Counted from the first letter of the stretch, positions 29,473-39,196 are shown. The stretch: 64,000 bases of DNA from an uncultured Candidatus Saccharibacteria bacterium (GCA_964600985.1 CAZRJR010000003.1:2583-66582); one strand, 5' to 3'. Notes: generated by a model from the letters alone, not told the origin. Numbers and translations are program-made.

Positions 29473-29481
29473 TGGTGGAGC
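29464..29481. repeat. direct repeat copy B = last 9 nt of ssrA + 9 nt of 3' flank
   Basis: Identical to 28758..28775. Contains GCTCCACCA, the ssrA 3' terminus. Confidence 0.8.
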
Positions 29482-29861
29482 TGCAGGGAATCGCACCCTG
29501 GTCCGCCGGTCCGTCTATATAACCTACTACAAGCTTAGCTTACTTAGCGATTGTTTAAGGAGGTGCGCGCACTCACAGTAAGCAAAATGTACTCGCTACT
29601 CCTCTATTCTGCATCTTAGTGATTGCCGGATAGAACAGCAACCAAGCAACCAGATGGTGTGACGCCCTGCAATCTATCTGGTATCGATCACAATGAGCGG
29701 CGAACGCGTATTAGGCGTAAGCTGGCGCAAAGGTTGGCATGCTAAAAGCAGCTTTTACTTTGCTAACGAGTGTATTTGCACTTGTTGAGTTTGATCTGTA
29801 ACGTCGATCAGGCGGCTTGCAGTTATATGTCAAGAATCCAACGTCGAAGCTGATCAGCCCC
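29473..29861 (-). ncRNA. ssrA: tmRNA (transfer-messenger RNA)
   Basis: Minus strand reads 5' GGGGCUGAUCAGCUUCGACG...3' GGACCAGGGUGCGAUUCCCUGCAGCUCCACCA. Acceptor GGGGCUG/CAGCUCC has the G3:U70 Ala identity pair, T-arm CAGGG-UGCGAUU-CCCUG, encoded CCA. Internal tag frame GCA AAU ACA CUC GUU AGC AAA GUA AAA GCU GCU UUU AGC AUG CCA ACC UUU GCG CCA GCU UAC GCC UAA (...FAPAYA-stop); resume codon not determined. smpB is 5 kb away. Confidence 0.85.
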
Positions 29862-29870
29862 AAGACCGTA

Positions 29871-29876
29871 ATTATA
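29871..29876 (-). promoter_or_regulatory. candidate -10 (TATAAT) for ssrA precursor
   Basis: TATAAT on the minus strand about 10 nt upstream of the mature tmRNA 5' end. No good -35. Confidence 0.2.
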
Positions 29877-29878
29877 CC

Positions 29879-30712
29879 TCATTTTAGGCCGTTAATCCAG
29901 TCTAACACCATAGTGGCGGCGCGCTGTGGATCCTCTAGGGGAAACAGATGCCCGGCATCTGAGGCAACTTGGTATGTTATAGAATTATTTACAACGCAAT
30001 TGATGTACTTTTTAATATTCGCTAGGCGGTCGCTGGCTCCATCGATCGCCAGCAGAGGCACTTGGATCTGCTCCAATACAGGTGCAAACCGAAACTTCTT
30101 GAGGTCGTCAATTACCTGTTGGCCCGCCAGAATGTCCGCCTTGAGCCGCGAGTCATAGCCTGCATCATAAAGCTGTTGGCGCAAAGCCTGGTCACGAGTA
30201 TGCATCACCATCGCTCCACTCCAGTCAGCAAGCCGTCGGTTCTGAAACATGCGCGTGCGCAGTCTCAGGGGTAAGCGCTTGCCGATTTCGAAGCTAACCT
30301 GATAAAACAGCGTGGTAAGGTTAACGGTATACTGCGGGTATGGGTTCAGAACGACTAAACGAGCAACTCGCCTGCTTACAGCGACAGTCTTTAAAGCCAC
30401 TACGCCGCCATAGGAGTGTCCTATAAGTATTACGTCCTTAAGCTCAAGTTTGGCCATAAATGCGTCTACAAGAGCTGCAAACGCGTCCACACCGTGGTGG
30501 TTGTACTGAGGTCCGTATAAGGGTTCCGAGTCACCTTCCCCTGGTAAATCCAGTGCAACAATTCTCCCCTCACCTAGGCTATCCGCAAATGGCCCGAGCG
30601 CCTTAGCTTCGCCAAACATGCCATGAATAAGCACATAGGTGGGGCCAGTGCCAAGAACTTGCTCTAAGTAGTGAATCTTACAGCCTTCGACAGATACAAA
30701 CTTGCTTTCCAT
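29879..30712 (-). CDS. alpha/beta-fold hydrolase
   Basis: 277 aa. HGMFGE oxyanion region, nucleophile elbow GHSYGG, C-terminal His. Confidence 0.8.
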   Translation of the reverse strand: MESKFVSVEGCKIHYLEQVLGTGPTYVLIHGMFGEAKALGPFADSLGEGRIVALDLPGEGDSEPLYGPQYNHHGVDAFAALVDAFMAKLELKDVILIGHSYGGVVALKTVAVSRRVARLVVLNPYPQYTVNLTTLFYQVSFEIGKRLPLRLRTRMFQNRRLADWSGAMVMHTRDQALRQQLYDAGYDSRLKADILAGQQVIDDLKKFRFAPVLEQIQVPLLAIDGASDRLANIKKYINCVVNNSITYQVASDAGHLFPLEDPQRAATMVLDWINGLK

Positions 30713-30781
30713 AGCTGCTATTATTACCTAATTGCACAACCAAGACTAGCCAAAGCACATAAAAACCCTGATAATACGGTT

Positions 30782-31942
30782 ATGAATATTCTGCTCGTTA
30801 CAGAATCTTACTGGCCAAATGCCGATGGTGGAGCGCTGTTTGAGCGTCGCCTTGCCCTGGGGCAAGCAGCCAAAGGCCACCGGGTATCCATTTGGGCACC
30901 AGCTAAAAACTTTAGTAACTATCAAGAACAAGATGGCAATACTACTATATACCGCGAACGAGCTATCACCCTCATATTTAACCGTAAATACAAGGTAAGC
31001 TTCTGGCCAGCGCTCCACACCAAAAAGATATTCAAGGCTACTAAGCCCGATGTAGTCCATATTCACAATCCTGGCCTCATGGGATTAACGGCGCAACGCT
31101 ATGCTCGCAAACACGGCATCCCAATTGTAGCCACCAACCACCTAATGCCCGAAAACATCCTACTCAACCTGAAGTGGACAAAGTCTTTGTACAACGTACT
31201 CTATAAACTCGTGTGGCGCTATCTGGTGTGGTTTCACAACCGCTGCGACTACGTTACCTCACCCACTCCAACTGCCACCGACTTCTTAAAGAAGTTTGGT
31301 GTAACTAAGCCACTTAAGCCAGTTAGTAATGGTATAGACATGAAAGTCTTTAAGCCGGACCTTGACGCAAGTGAGCTCAAGCACAAATACAAACTGCCAG
31401 ACCTCCCAATATTGCTCTACCTAGGCCGAGTAGATGGTGAAAAACGCCTTGATATTATCTTGCGGGCAATGCCTGAGGTACTCCGTAACGTTAAGTGCCA
31501 CCTGCTCATAGTCGGCTTTGGCAAAGAAATGGAGAACCTTAAGCACCTGGCCACCCAACTACACATTAGCGCCAATATCACCTTTACTGGGTATATCGAC
31601 GAAGCCGACAAGCCATTGTTTTACACTCTAAGTGACATCTTTGTCATTAGTTCTCCTGCGGAGCTCCAGAGCATTGTAACCCTTGAGGCTATGGCTACAG
31701 CAAAGCCAGTAGTGTCGGTCGATGTAGCTGCGCTCAAGGAGCTCGTACACGACGGCGAAAACGGTTATTTATTTAGCGAGAACAACTACCAAGAGCTAGC
31801 CAAGCGTGCCGTAGACCTGTTAAGAGATGATGTAAAAAGAGCATCGTTTGGCAAAGAGAGCCTAAATATCGTCAAAGAACACCACTCTACACAAGTAATG
31901 TTCGATACCTATGAGGCCATCTATAAGCAGGTGGCACAATGA
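30782..31942 (+). CDS. glycosyltransferase family 4
   Basis: Start moved to ATG 30782 (MNILLVTESYWPN...), because the track start at 30671 overlaps the convergent hydrolase. GT4 Rossmann folds, EX7E-like C-terminal motif. Confidence 0.8.
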   Translation: MNILLVTESYWPNADGGALFERRLALGQAAKGHRVSIWAPAKNFSNYQEQDGNTTIYRERAITLIFNRKYKVSFWPALHTKKIFKATKPDVVHIHNPGLMGLTAQRYARKHGIPIVATNHLMPENILLNLKWTKSLYNVLYKLVWRYLVWFHNRCDYVTSPTPTATDFLKKFGVTKPLKPVSNGIDMKVFKPDLDASELKHKYKLPDLPILLYLGRVDGEKRLDIILRAMPEVLRNVKCHLLIVGFGKEMENLKHLATQLHISANITFTGYIDEADKPLFYTLSDIFVISSPAELQSIVTLEAMATAKPVVSVDVAALKELVHDGENGYLFSENNYQELAKRAVDLLRDDVKRASFGKESLNIVKEHHSTQVMFDTYEAIYKQVAQ

Positions 31943-33204
31943 GAATTGGGTTCTTTACTGACCGCTACTACCCCTTGGTAGACGGCGTCGGAGTTTCGAT
32001 CGACATCTTCGCTCGCGACCTAGAGAAGCTTGGCCACAAGGTATATATATTCTGTCCGGCACCTGCTAAGCCGATTGCTCACGAGCCCAGCCATATTATT
32101 CGCTTCCGTTCGGTTCGCAGCATCTTTCACCCAGATCACCGCGATACCATGCCCTGGACGCCTGCAAATGCACGCAAAATCCGAGACTGTAAGCTCGATA
32201 TCATTCACGTCCACACCCCCACTCCGATTGGCCTCATGGGAACTCGCATTGGCATTACCGATAATATCCCCTTGGTAACCACATATCACACAGATATCGA
32301 GCAATACGCCAAGGTATACCGACGCATCATGGGCGGATTTGTAATTGGTAGCTTGTTCGCGCCACTTATTTTAAATGCTCCAGTGAGCTTACGTGAGCGA
32401 ATTGCCGCTATGAAGCCAGATAGCAATGACAGCTTAAGCTGGAGCAGTAAATTAATTCGAGAAACCTTGAACGGACTGCACCGTAACTTTGATCTAGTAA
32501 TTGCACCGTCGCGCAAAATCGAAAAACTATTAAAAAAGTACCGAACTCCGGCCCCATTGGCAGTTTTACCGACCGGAATTGACTTAGAAGAGGCCTCTGG
32601 AGAAACGAACTATAGTCTGCGGACTACCTACAACCTTGAAGAAAACACACCTATTTTGCTCTACTTGGGCCGAATTGGTCAAGAGAAAAACCTTGAGCTC
32701 TTGGTTCGTGCTATGCCGCACATCCTACACAAGCAGCCTGCTACCAAACTCGTACTAGCTGGCCCTGGCGAGGAGGAAACACAGAGGCTTAAAAGTATTG
32801 TTAAGGAGTTAAAGCTAGATGACGTTGTGATTTTTACCGGCAGTTTGACCAGGAGTGAAGTTATTGGCGCCTTCCAAAGCTCAGATATATTTGTATTCCC
32901 CTCTATTACCGACACCCAAGGCCTCGTAATAAATGAGGCCTGCGCCCAAGCCAAGCCAGTAGTGTTCGTGGACGATAAGATATCCGAGCTCACCCACCAC
33001 AACAAAAATGGCTACCATGCCAAGAATAACCCTAAAGACTTTGCTCATAAATGCCTGTCTCTTATCCAGAGGCCCGAACTACAAAAAAAGTTTGGGCTTG
33101 AAAGCCAGAGGCTAGCTCAGATGTATTCAAGCTCCAATCAAGCCAAGCGACTGCTTGAACTGTACGAAGAAGTAATACATGCTCATAAACCCAAGGGCTC
33201 TTAG
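31939..33204 (+). CDS. glycosyltransferase family 4
   Basis: 421 aa MRIGFFTDRYYPLVDGVGV... ATGA start/stop overlap with the previous GT4. Confidence 0.8.
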   Translation: MRIGFFTDRYYPLVDGVGVSIDIFARDLEKLGHKVYIFCPAPAKPIAHEPSHIIRFRSVRSIFHPDHRDTMPWTPANARKIRDCKLDIIHVHTPTPIGLMGTRIGITDNIPLVTTYHTDIEQYAKVYRRIMGGFVIGSLFAPLILNAPVSLRERIAAMKPDSNDSLSWSSKLIRETLNGLHRNFDLVIAPSRKIEKLLKKYRTPAPLAVLPTGIDLEEASGETNYSLRTTYNLEENTPILLYLGRIGQEKNLELLVRAMPHILHKQPATKLVLAGPGEEETQRLKSIVKELKLDDVVIFTGSLTRSEVIGAFQSSDIFVFPSITDTQGLVINEACAQAKPVVFVDDKISELTHHNKNGYHAKNNPKDFAHKCLSLIQRPELQKKFGLESQRLAQMYSSSNQAKRLLELYEEVIHAHKPKGS

Positions 33205-33257
33205 TAGTGGCTTTAAACATAAGTGTCTTGCTGGTATTATAGGGTGTAATAGTAGTT

Positions 33258-34379
33258 TTGGGCGGAACAAACTTGCAAGACACCACTCTCCATAGTAAAC
33301 GAGCGCATGCTTTTCATACTCCTCTTGGTAATGGCACTACTCCGAGCCCATCTAAGCAGGTGCCGGTCAACCCTGCTGCTGCTCGCCCAGAATCCAATAA
33401 ACAATCTGCGACTGACACCGACTCATCTACTCCTGCTAGTAGTTTCGGAGAATCAAACGCAGAAGCCGAAATACGCCGCGACTACATCTTTGAAGAATAC
33501 GCCGTGATTGCCCCTAAAAGACACAAACGTCCATTTGACTTCCGTGGCAACGATCATCCGCTCATCGAAACTGCTTCGAGTCCCCACCTAAACGACCAGC
33601 AAGTGATTGATTCGCTCCCTTCGCCCCTTGGCGGCCAGCCTGTGCGTGTAGTTTCCAACTTGTACCCGGCAATTTCGCTCGATAACCCTAAGGCATATGG
33701 TAAACAAGAGCTCGTGGTAGATACGCCGCTGAGCAATACGCCACCTGGTCACTTAAGCCTAGAGTCCATGCAGGATGTCCTCAGGATCTACCAACAGCGC
33801 CTCAAGATCCTCACGAAGCTCGAGCACGTCCGTTACGTGCAGATATTTAAAAACGATGGGCATCATGCGGGCGCCTCGCTAGCGCACGCCCATACCCAAA
33901 TCTTTGCCCTGCCGATTGTGCCGCCTAAGTTTCAACTACGCGCCCAGGTGGTGGACGCCTATGTAAAGCAGAAGGGTACTAACCCCTATGATGACATTAT
34001 CGCCTTCGAACAACAGCAATCCGAGCGGATCATCTCCGATACCTCGGCCGCACTTGTCTTTACGCCCTATGCTTCAGGCTGGCCACTCGAAGCGTGGATT
34101 ATACCCAAACGACATATGCAAAGTCTCGTTGAAGCTACCCCAGAGGAAATTAAATACATAGCAGAATCGTTGTTAAATATGCTACGGAAGCTTACCGATG
34201 AAGGTGTTAATTATAACTTCTTTTTCGAGGAAGGTGTAAGCAATAACCAACGCTGGGTACTTAAAATATACGGTCGTGATGTGGTAAGTCCACTGGGGGG
34301 ATTAGAGGTCTCAACAGGTATTATGATTAATACCATCCCTCCTGAAGCGGCCGCCAACTGGTATAAAGTGACTCTATAA
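33258..34379 (+). CDS. HIT-superfamily nucleotidyltransferase, galactose-1-phosphate uridylyltransferase (GalT)-like
   Basis: 373 aa. HAGASLAHAHTQIFALP (H-x-H-x-Q GalT-type active site). Low-complexity ~70-aa N-terminus. Confidence 0.55.
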   Translation: MGGTNLQDTTLHSKRAHAFHTPLGNGTTPSPSKQVPVNPAAARPESNKQSATDTDSSTPASSFGESNAEAEIRRDYIFEEYAVIAPKRHKRPFDFRGNDHPLIETASSPHLNDQQVIDSLPSPLGGQPVRVVSNLYPAISLDNPKAYGKQELVVDTPLSNTPPGHLSLESMQDVLRIYQQRLKILTKLEHVRYVQIFKNDGHHAGASLAHAHTQIFALPIVPPKFQLRAQVVDAYVKQKGTNPYDDIIAFEQQQSERIISDTSAALVFTPYASGWPLEAWIIPKRHMQSLVEATPEEIKYIAESLLNMLRKLTDEGVNYNFFFEEGVSNNQRWVLKIYGRDVVSPLGGLEVSTGIMINTIPPEAAANWYKVTL

Positions 34380-34451
34380 TGCGTGGATAACTCTCATGTT
34401 TGACAGTTCGGTTTTCTTTCGTTATTCTCCAAGTAAAAGGAGAATAATACC

Positions 34452-35954
34452 ATGCTTGCAACCATTCACAGCGTTACACACTTAGGACTCAACCCGCAGT
34501 TAATCGATATAGAAACGGATATGAGCAATGGCCTGCCGGGTTTTATGGTTGTAGGCCTAGCCAATAAGGCTGTCGAAGAGTCAAAGGAGCGAGTACGAAG
34601 TGCAATTAAGAACTCAGGGCTCACCTTCCCGCCCAAACGCATTACCGTCAATCTAGCACCGGCTGATTTACCCAAGAATGGGAGTGCCTTCGACCTCGGT
34701 ATCGCCGCTGGTATCCTAGCTTCCTCGGGCCAAATTGAACCCGCAAGCACTATGCAGTCAATGTTTTATGGCGAGCTCGCCCTGGATGGAAGCACCCGAG
34801 CAGTGCCAGGATGCCTAGCGGTGGCTCAAGCCGCCAGTGAACAGGGTTTTAAAAACCTGTTTGTACCGGCCGCAAGCGCCACTCAGGCCGCATTAGTACC
34901 AAATGTAACTATATACCCCACCGAAAGCCTTGCGCAGCTCTACAAGCACCTCATAGGTGAGCAAAGTATTTCCCCACTTGTTAACAACATTGCGACCCCT
35001 ACCCCGGCGAACGTCACGGTCGATATGGCAGAGGTATACGGCCAGGCTCAAGCCAAGCGTGCTATTGAGATCGCAGCCGCCGGAGGACACAATATCCTGC
35101 TTAGTGGCCCACCAGGGTCTGGTAAAACGCTCCTGGCCAAAGCGATTGCAGGCATCTTGCCACCTCTTACTTACGAGGAAATGATAGAGGTAACGCGGAT
35201 TCATGGTCTGTGCAGCGAAGCCAAGGATGCACTCGTAAGCAGCCGGCCATTTCGTTCTCCGCACCATACCTCGAGCAACATTGCACTCACCGGTGGTGGA
35301 CAATGGCCAAAGCCAGGCGAAATTAGTCTTGCCCACCGCGGCATTCTATTTTTAGACGAACTACCAGAGTTTCCCCGCAACGCCCTCGAGGTACTACGCC
35401 AACCCCTCGAAGACAACGCTGTAACTATTGCGCGGGCTACGGCCAGCTATCGCTTTCCTGCTAACTTTATGCTCGTAGCCACCCAAAATCCCTGCCCTTG
35501 TGGGTACGCCGGCGACGTCTTAGCTTCGTGCCAATGCAGCCCTACCCAAATTAGTCGATACCAACACAAGGTATCCGGGCCACTCCTAGACAGAATTGAC
35601 ATCAAGGTACACGTGGGTCGCATGCAAAGTCAGGAGCTCGTGGACCAACAGCCTGGCGAAGCAAGTAAAGCTATAGCAAACAGAGTAGCCAAAGCCCGCA
35701 ATTTGCAGCTAAGTCGCAACAAAACAGCCAGTCACTCTACCCTCAACCACGAGCTTAGTAATCAAGATATTAAAACTCACTGCGCACTCGGAGGACAAAC
35801 TCAGGCAGTGGCTAATCAGGCAATTAACCAGCTTCGACTCTCGGCCCGTGCATACATGCGAGTACTTAAGGTTAGTCGCACGATTGCCGACCTGGCAGGC
35901 AGCGCCAACATTGAGCTTCCCCACTTAACCGAGGCTCTGCAATACCGACTATAG
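34452..35954 (+). CDS. comM: YifB/ComM family Mg-chelatase-like AAA+ ATPase
   Basis: 500 aa. N-terminal Lon-like domain, Walker A LLSGPPGSGKTLLA, Walker B ILFLDELPEF, C-terminal ChlI-like region. Confidence 0.85.
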   Translation: MLATIHSVTHLGLNPQLIDIETDMSNGLPGFMVVGLANKAVEESKERVRSAIKNSGLTFPPKRITVNLAPADLPKNGSAFDLGIAAGILASSGQIEPASTMQSMFYGELALDGSTRAVPGCLAVAQAASEQGFKNLFVPAASATQAALVPNVTIYPTESLAQLYKHLIGEQSISPLVNNIATPTPANVTVDMAEVYGQAQAKRAIEIAAAGGHNILLSGPPGSGKTLLAKAIAGILPPLTYEEMIEVTRIHGLCSEAKDALVSSRPFRSPHHTSSNIALTGGGQWPKPGEISLAHRGILFLDELPEFPRNALEVLRQPLEDNAVTIARATASYRFPANFMLVATQNPCPCGYAGDVLASCQCSPTQISRYQHKVSGPLLDRIDIKVHVGRMQSQELVDQQPGEASKAIANRVAKARNLQLSRNKTASHSTLNHELSNQDIKTHCALGGQTQAVANQAINQLRLSARAYMRVLKVSRTIADLAGSANIELPHLTEALQYRL

Positions 35955-35969
35955 AGTAGCTTGAGAGCT

Positions 35970-36320
35970 CTAGATACGAACCCAACGATACACTTGCGCG
36001 CCAACCGAAGTATAAGCAAACAATGACCACAGCAACACAAGCCCGAGCATGATCAAACCAGCGAGTATGACCGAGTGACGGACCTCCCTACGAGCCCGAC
36101 GCGCAACTACTGCATCGATTTCACTATTATGAGGGGCTGAAACCTTGCTCTCAGCAACTTGTTTGGCAGCTGGATCAGCTTTTTTGGCCACCGAAGGCAT
36201 AGAAGCAGCCCCTGTGGCTGTCTTCGACTCAATGGCACCACCCTCAGCACGCTGTAGAGACTTCTTGTGCTGGGCTTTATAGCTAGATTTCTTGCGATTG
36301 TGCTTTTTCTTCTTGGCCAT
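35970..36320 (-). CDS. hypothetical protein, Lys-rich N-terminus and C-terminal TM helix
   Basis: 116 aa MAKKKKHNRKK...ILAGLIMLGLVLLWSLFAY. Confidence 0.3.
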   Translation of the reverse strand: MAKKKKHNRKKSSYKAQHKKSLQRAEGGAIESKTATGAASMPSVAKKADPAAKQVAESKVSAPHNSEIDAVVARRARREVRHSVILAGLIMLGLVLLWSLFAYTSVGAQVYRWVRI

Positions 36321-36420
36321 TTCTTATTCCCCTTTGCTACCATTCTAGCGGCTTTGGCTGTCGTTGCCAAGAATTGCCTAAAACGGCTATAATAACATAG
36401 CTAAAAGTGAGTTTGCCCAC

Positions 36421-36888
36421 GTGGATTTTGTCTTAATCACCCTCTGTATACTGAGTCTAGGTATTGCCACTTACTGTATCTGGCAAGTCAGGCAGATTAA
36501 GTCTGCATATGGCGAATTCTTTGACCATCAAAACCCACGCTCAATCGAACGACTGCTTAAGGAGTATGACCTGGGGGTTAAGGATAATGCCAAAAAACTC
36601 GACGAGCTGGCCACCTTTAGTGCTAACCTTCATAAACTCAGCTCTAGGGGCCTAACAAGAGTAGGTCTCGTTCGCTTCAATCCTTTTAATGACAAAGGTG
36701 GCGATCAAAGCTTCTGCTTGGCTGCCCTGAATCGCCACCTAGATGGCTTTGTAATATCTGCGATCCACTCGCGAACTGGCGCACGACTCTATGCTAAAGA
36801 CATTGCACAAGGCAAAAGTAAGCACCACCTCTCGGACGAAGAGATGCGTGCTATTCAAAAAGCCATGTCACCACGAGAAGAGTCATGA
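36421..36888 (+). CDS. DUF4446-like small membrane-anchored protein
   Basis: 155 aa, N-terminal TM. Family assignment is from recall only. Confidence 0.35.
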   Translation: MDFVLITLCILSLGIATYCIWQVRQIKSAYGEFFDHQNPRSIERLLKEYDLGVKDNAKKLDELATFSANLHKLSSRGLTRVGLVRFNPFNDKGGDQSFCLAALNRHLDGFVISAIHSRTGARLYAKDIAQGKSKHHLSDEEMRAIQKAMSPREES

Positions 36889-37259
36889 AATTCGGCCGGT
36901 TCCACTTCAAAAAACAGGACAAAACCCTAAAAGAAAGCTTGGTTAGCGAACTTTTCGTGTATGAACCGGTCACCCTCCAAGGTAATACCACCGTCTACGA
37001 TGACCTCTTGCTCGATACAAAGCTAAAGGGCTCTATTACCTCAAGCGCCCATGTCACTATAGGGCCAAACGCTGTAGTCCACGGTACTATAAAAGCCCGG
37101 AGTATCCATCACCAAGGCAGCCTAGAAGGCAATGTTAGTAGCTCTGGACGACTTGTAGTCCAGGGGGGATCAAAGCTAACACGCAGCAAAATTCAGTGTG
37201 AAGTTCTCGAAGTACAGCCTGGTAGCCAACTAAAGGAAGTAGTAATTACTACAGCATAA
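36885..37259 (+). CDS. bactofilin-family cytoskeletal protein
   Basis: 124 aa of beta-helical repeats (VHGTIKARSIHHQGSLEGNVSSSGRLVVQGGSKL). Overlaps the previous stop. Confidence 0.6.
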   Translation: MKFGRFHFKKQDKTLKESLVSELFVYEPVTLQGNTTVYDDLLLDTKLKGSITSSAHVTIGPNAVVHGTIKARSIHHQGSLEGNVSSSGRLVVQGGSKLTRSKIQCEVLEVQPGSQLKEVVITTA

Positions 37260-38062
37260 TGCACTATTATCTCTTTGATGACCGCGTAAATAAGCATACT
37301 ACCTCCACGCTTAATCGGGTAAAGAGCTGGATTAAGACAAGTCGAATAGCTGGCCAGCAACTCGATCTTAAAAGTCCTCAACAGATAGTCGAGGAGGTAA
37401 AAAAGATCGCCAGTAACCAAACGACCCCAACAATTGTTGTAATTGGTGACGACTTGAGCCTTGATTTAGCCATTTCCTCCCTAAGTGAGAGTAAAAAGCA
37501 CATCACCGTAGGCTTTATACCAATGACCACGAACTCAAAGAGTGCTCAGCTACTTGGGATAACACACTGGAAACAGGCTAGCAATACTCTATTGCGGGGC
37601 AAGCGTGAGAACTACAAGCTACTGCAGCTGGAAGATTACACAGTATTATCAGGGGCCACATTGATACCAAAGTCAGTCCGGGCAAACTCAAATACCGCTA
37701 TTACTCTAAGCCTAGACGATCAGCTCAAGGCCGAACTCCCCTTGTCCGAAATTATGGTTGCCAATATTAGCAATGATCCTACCCTGCACGAGCATAATAG
37801 CCCCATCCTGATCGAGGCAATTACTAGCCAAGTTACCGAAGATAGACTGCAAAACAAAAAACCACTCATTACACTGCCGGATAGTCTTAAGTCTTCCCAT
37901 AAGCCCAAAATTCTACGGCTCAAAGCTGAGAGCATAGCCATCCAGACCGCCACACCATTCTTGCTTCAAGGACTGATTCAGCTCCGACCCAGCTTTAGCA
38001 TTACACCCTTAGCCCGTCAGCAATCCCTCATTGTAAGCCGTAAACGAGATTCGCTTGCCTAA
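37259..38062 (+). CDS. hypothetical protein
   Basis: 267-aa ORF co-directional with bactofilin. Weak resemblance to lipid-kinase/DAGK catalytic-like folds only. Confidence 0.3.
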   Translation: MHYYLFDDRVNKHTTSTLNRVKSWIKTSRIAGQQLDLKSPQQIVEEVKKIASNQTTPTIVVIGDDLSLDLAISSLSESKKHITVGFIPMTTNSKSAQLLGITHWKQASNTLLRGKRENYKLLQLEDYTVLSGATLIPKSVRANSNTAITLSLDDQLKAELPLSEIMVANISNDPTLHEHNSPILIEAITSQVTEDRLQNKKPLITLPDSLKSSHKPKILRLKAESIAIQTATPFLLQGLIQLRPSFSITPLARQQSLIVSRKRDSLA

Positions 38063-38069
38063 CAAATCC

Positions 38070-38098
38070 TTGATTTACTTGCACAATGGTGCTATCAT
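38070..38098 (+). promoter_or_regulatory. sigma70-like promoter for infC-rpmI-rplT
   Basis: TTGATT (38070..38075), 17-nt spacer, TATCAT (38093..38098). Confidence 0.35.
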
Positions 38099-38126
38099 TT
38101 TCTTTGAGCTTTAAGGAGATCTCTTT

Positions 38127-38657
38127 ATAAAGGATAGAATTCGGCTGAATCACGAGATAACTGCACCCATGGTACGGTTACTTGGATCTGATTCTGAGCA
38201 ACTCGGTGTCGTCTCAATTCGAGAAGCACTTAGTATTGCAGAGGATCAAGGTTTTGATCTCGCCGAAGTCTCCCCCTCGGCCGATCCACCTGTAGTCAAA
38301 CTTGTTGACTGGGGTAAATATCGGTACGAACAAGAGAAGCAGCTGCAAAAAAGTCGTCGCAATCAAAAGAACGTCGAAGTCAAGCAAGTCCGATTAGGCC
38401 TTAAGACCGGTGCACACGACATAGACGTAAAGCTTAAGGCAGCTATAAAATTCCTCGAGCAAGGTAATAAAGTTAAGGTAAACCTACGTTTTAAGGGTCG
38501 AGAAATAACTCACCCAGATCTAGGTCGCGCAATACTCGACGATTTCTACACCAAACTGTCAGAGATCGCCACCAAGGAGCAAGAACCAAGCCTGTCGGGC
38601 CGAGAATTATCCATGGTAGTAGCAAGGAGAAAAGATGCCAAAGCTAAAAACGAATAA
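38127..38657 (+). CDS. infC: translation initiation factor IF-3, probable AUA (non-AUG) start
   Basis: In-frame extension upstream of the track ATG encodes ...DRIRLNHEITAPMVRLLG, matching the IF3 N-terminus. A stop lies at 38112 and AAGGAG (38113..38118) sits 8 nt before ATA 38127. infC is classically autoregulated through an unusual start codon. Confidence 0.8.
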   Translation: MKDRIRLNHEITAPMVRLLGSDSEQLGVVSIREALSIAEDQGFDLAEVSPSADPPVVKLVDWGKYRYEQEKQLQKSRRNQKNVEVKQVRLGLKTGAHDIDVKLKAAIKFLEQGNKVKVNLRFKGREITHPDLGRAILDDFYTKLSEIATKEQEPSLSGRELSMVVARRKDAKAKNE

Positions 38658-38829
38658 AACTATGAGTAAGCGAGTAAAGATTTCTGCCGGTGGCAAGATC
38701 CTACGTCGCAAGGCCACTCGTGCTCACAAGCTTACGATTAAGTCGGCTTCCCGCAAGCGTGCCTTCACCCTAGAGCACGGTGTTGCACTCGGTGACAGCA
38801 AAAATATCAAGAAAATGTTAGGACTATAA
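38635..38829 (+). CDS. rpmI: 50S ribosomal protein L35
   Basis: 64 aa MPKLKTNKTMSKRVKISAGGKILRRKA... Confidence 0.9.
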   Translation: MPKLKTNKTMSKRVKISAGGKILRRKATRAHKLTIKSASRKRAFTLEHGVALGDSKNIKKMLGL

Positions 38830-38832
38830 GCC

Positions 38833-39174
38833 ATGAGAGTAAAACGAGGCGTAGCAGCCAGAAAACGACACAAGAAAGTACTTAAAGCCGCTAAGGGCAT
38901 GAGCCATGCACGTACTTCTTCGTACCGCAAAGCTCACGAAGCAGTACTCAAGGCACTCTCATACCAGTATCGGGATCGCCGTAACGTTAAGCGTGATATG
39001 CGTAGCCTATGGATTACCCGTATTAACGCCGCAGCAGCACAACACGGCGTATCATACTCGCAACTCATTTCTCAGCTTAATAAAGCCAGTATTAAGCTCA
39101 ATCGTAAAGTCTTAGCTGAACTAGCAGTTAACCAGCCTAAGGCGTTTGAAGTAATTGTAAAAGAAGCCAAATAA
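38833..39174 (+). CDS. rplT: 50S ribosomal protein L20
   Basis: 113 aa [22 protein letters not shown]... Confidence 0.95.
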   Translation: MRVKRGVAARKRHKKVLKAAKGMSHARTSSYRKAHEAVLKALSYQYRDRRNVKRDMRSLWITRINAAAAQHGVSYSQLISQLNKASIKLNRKVLAELAVNQPKAFEVIVKEAK

Positions 39175-39196
39175 GCAGCCATTCAAGGGCTGTAAA

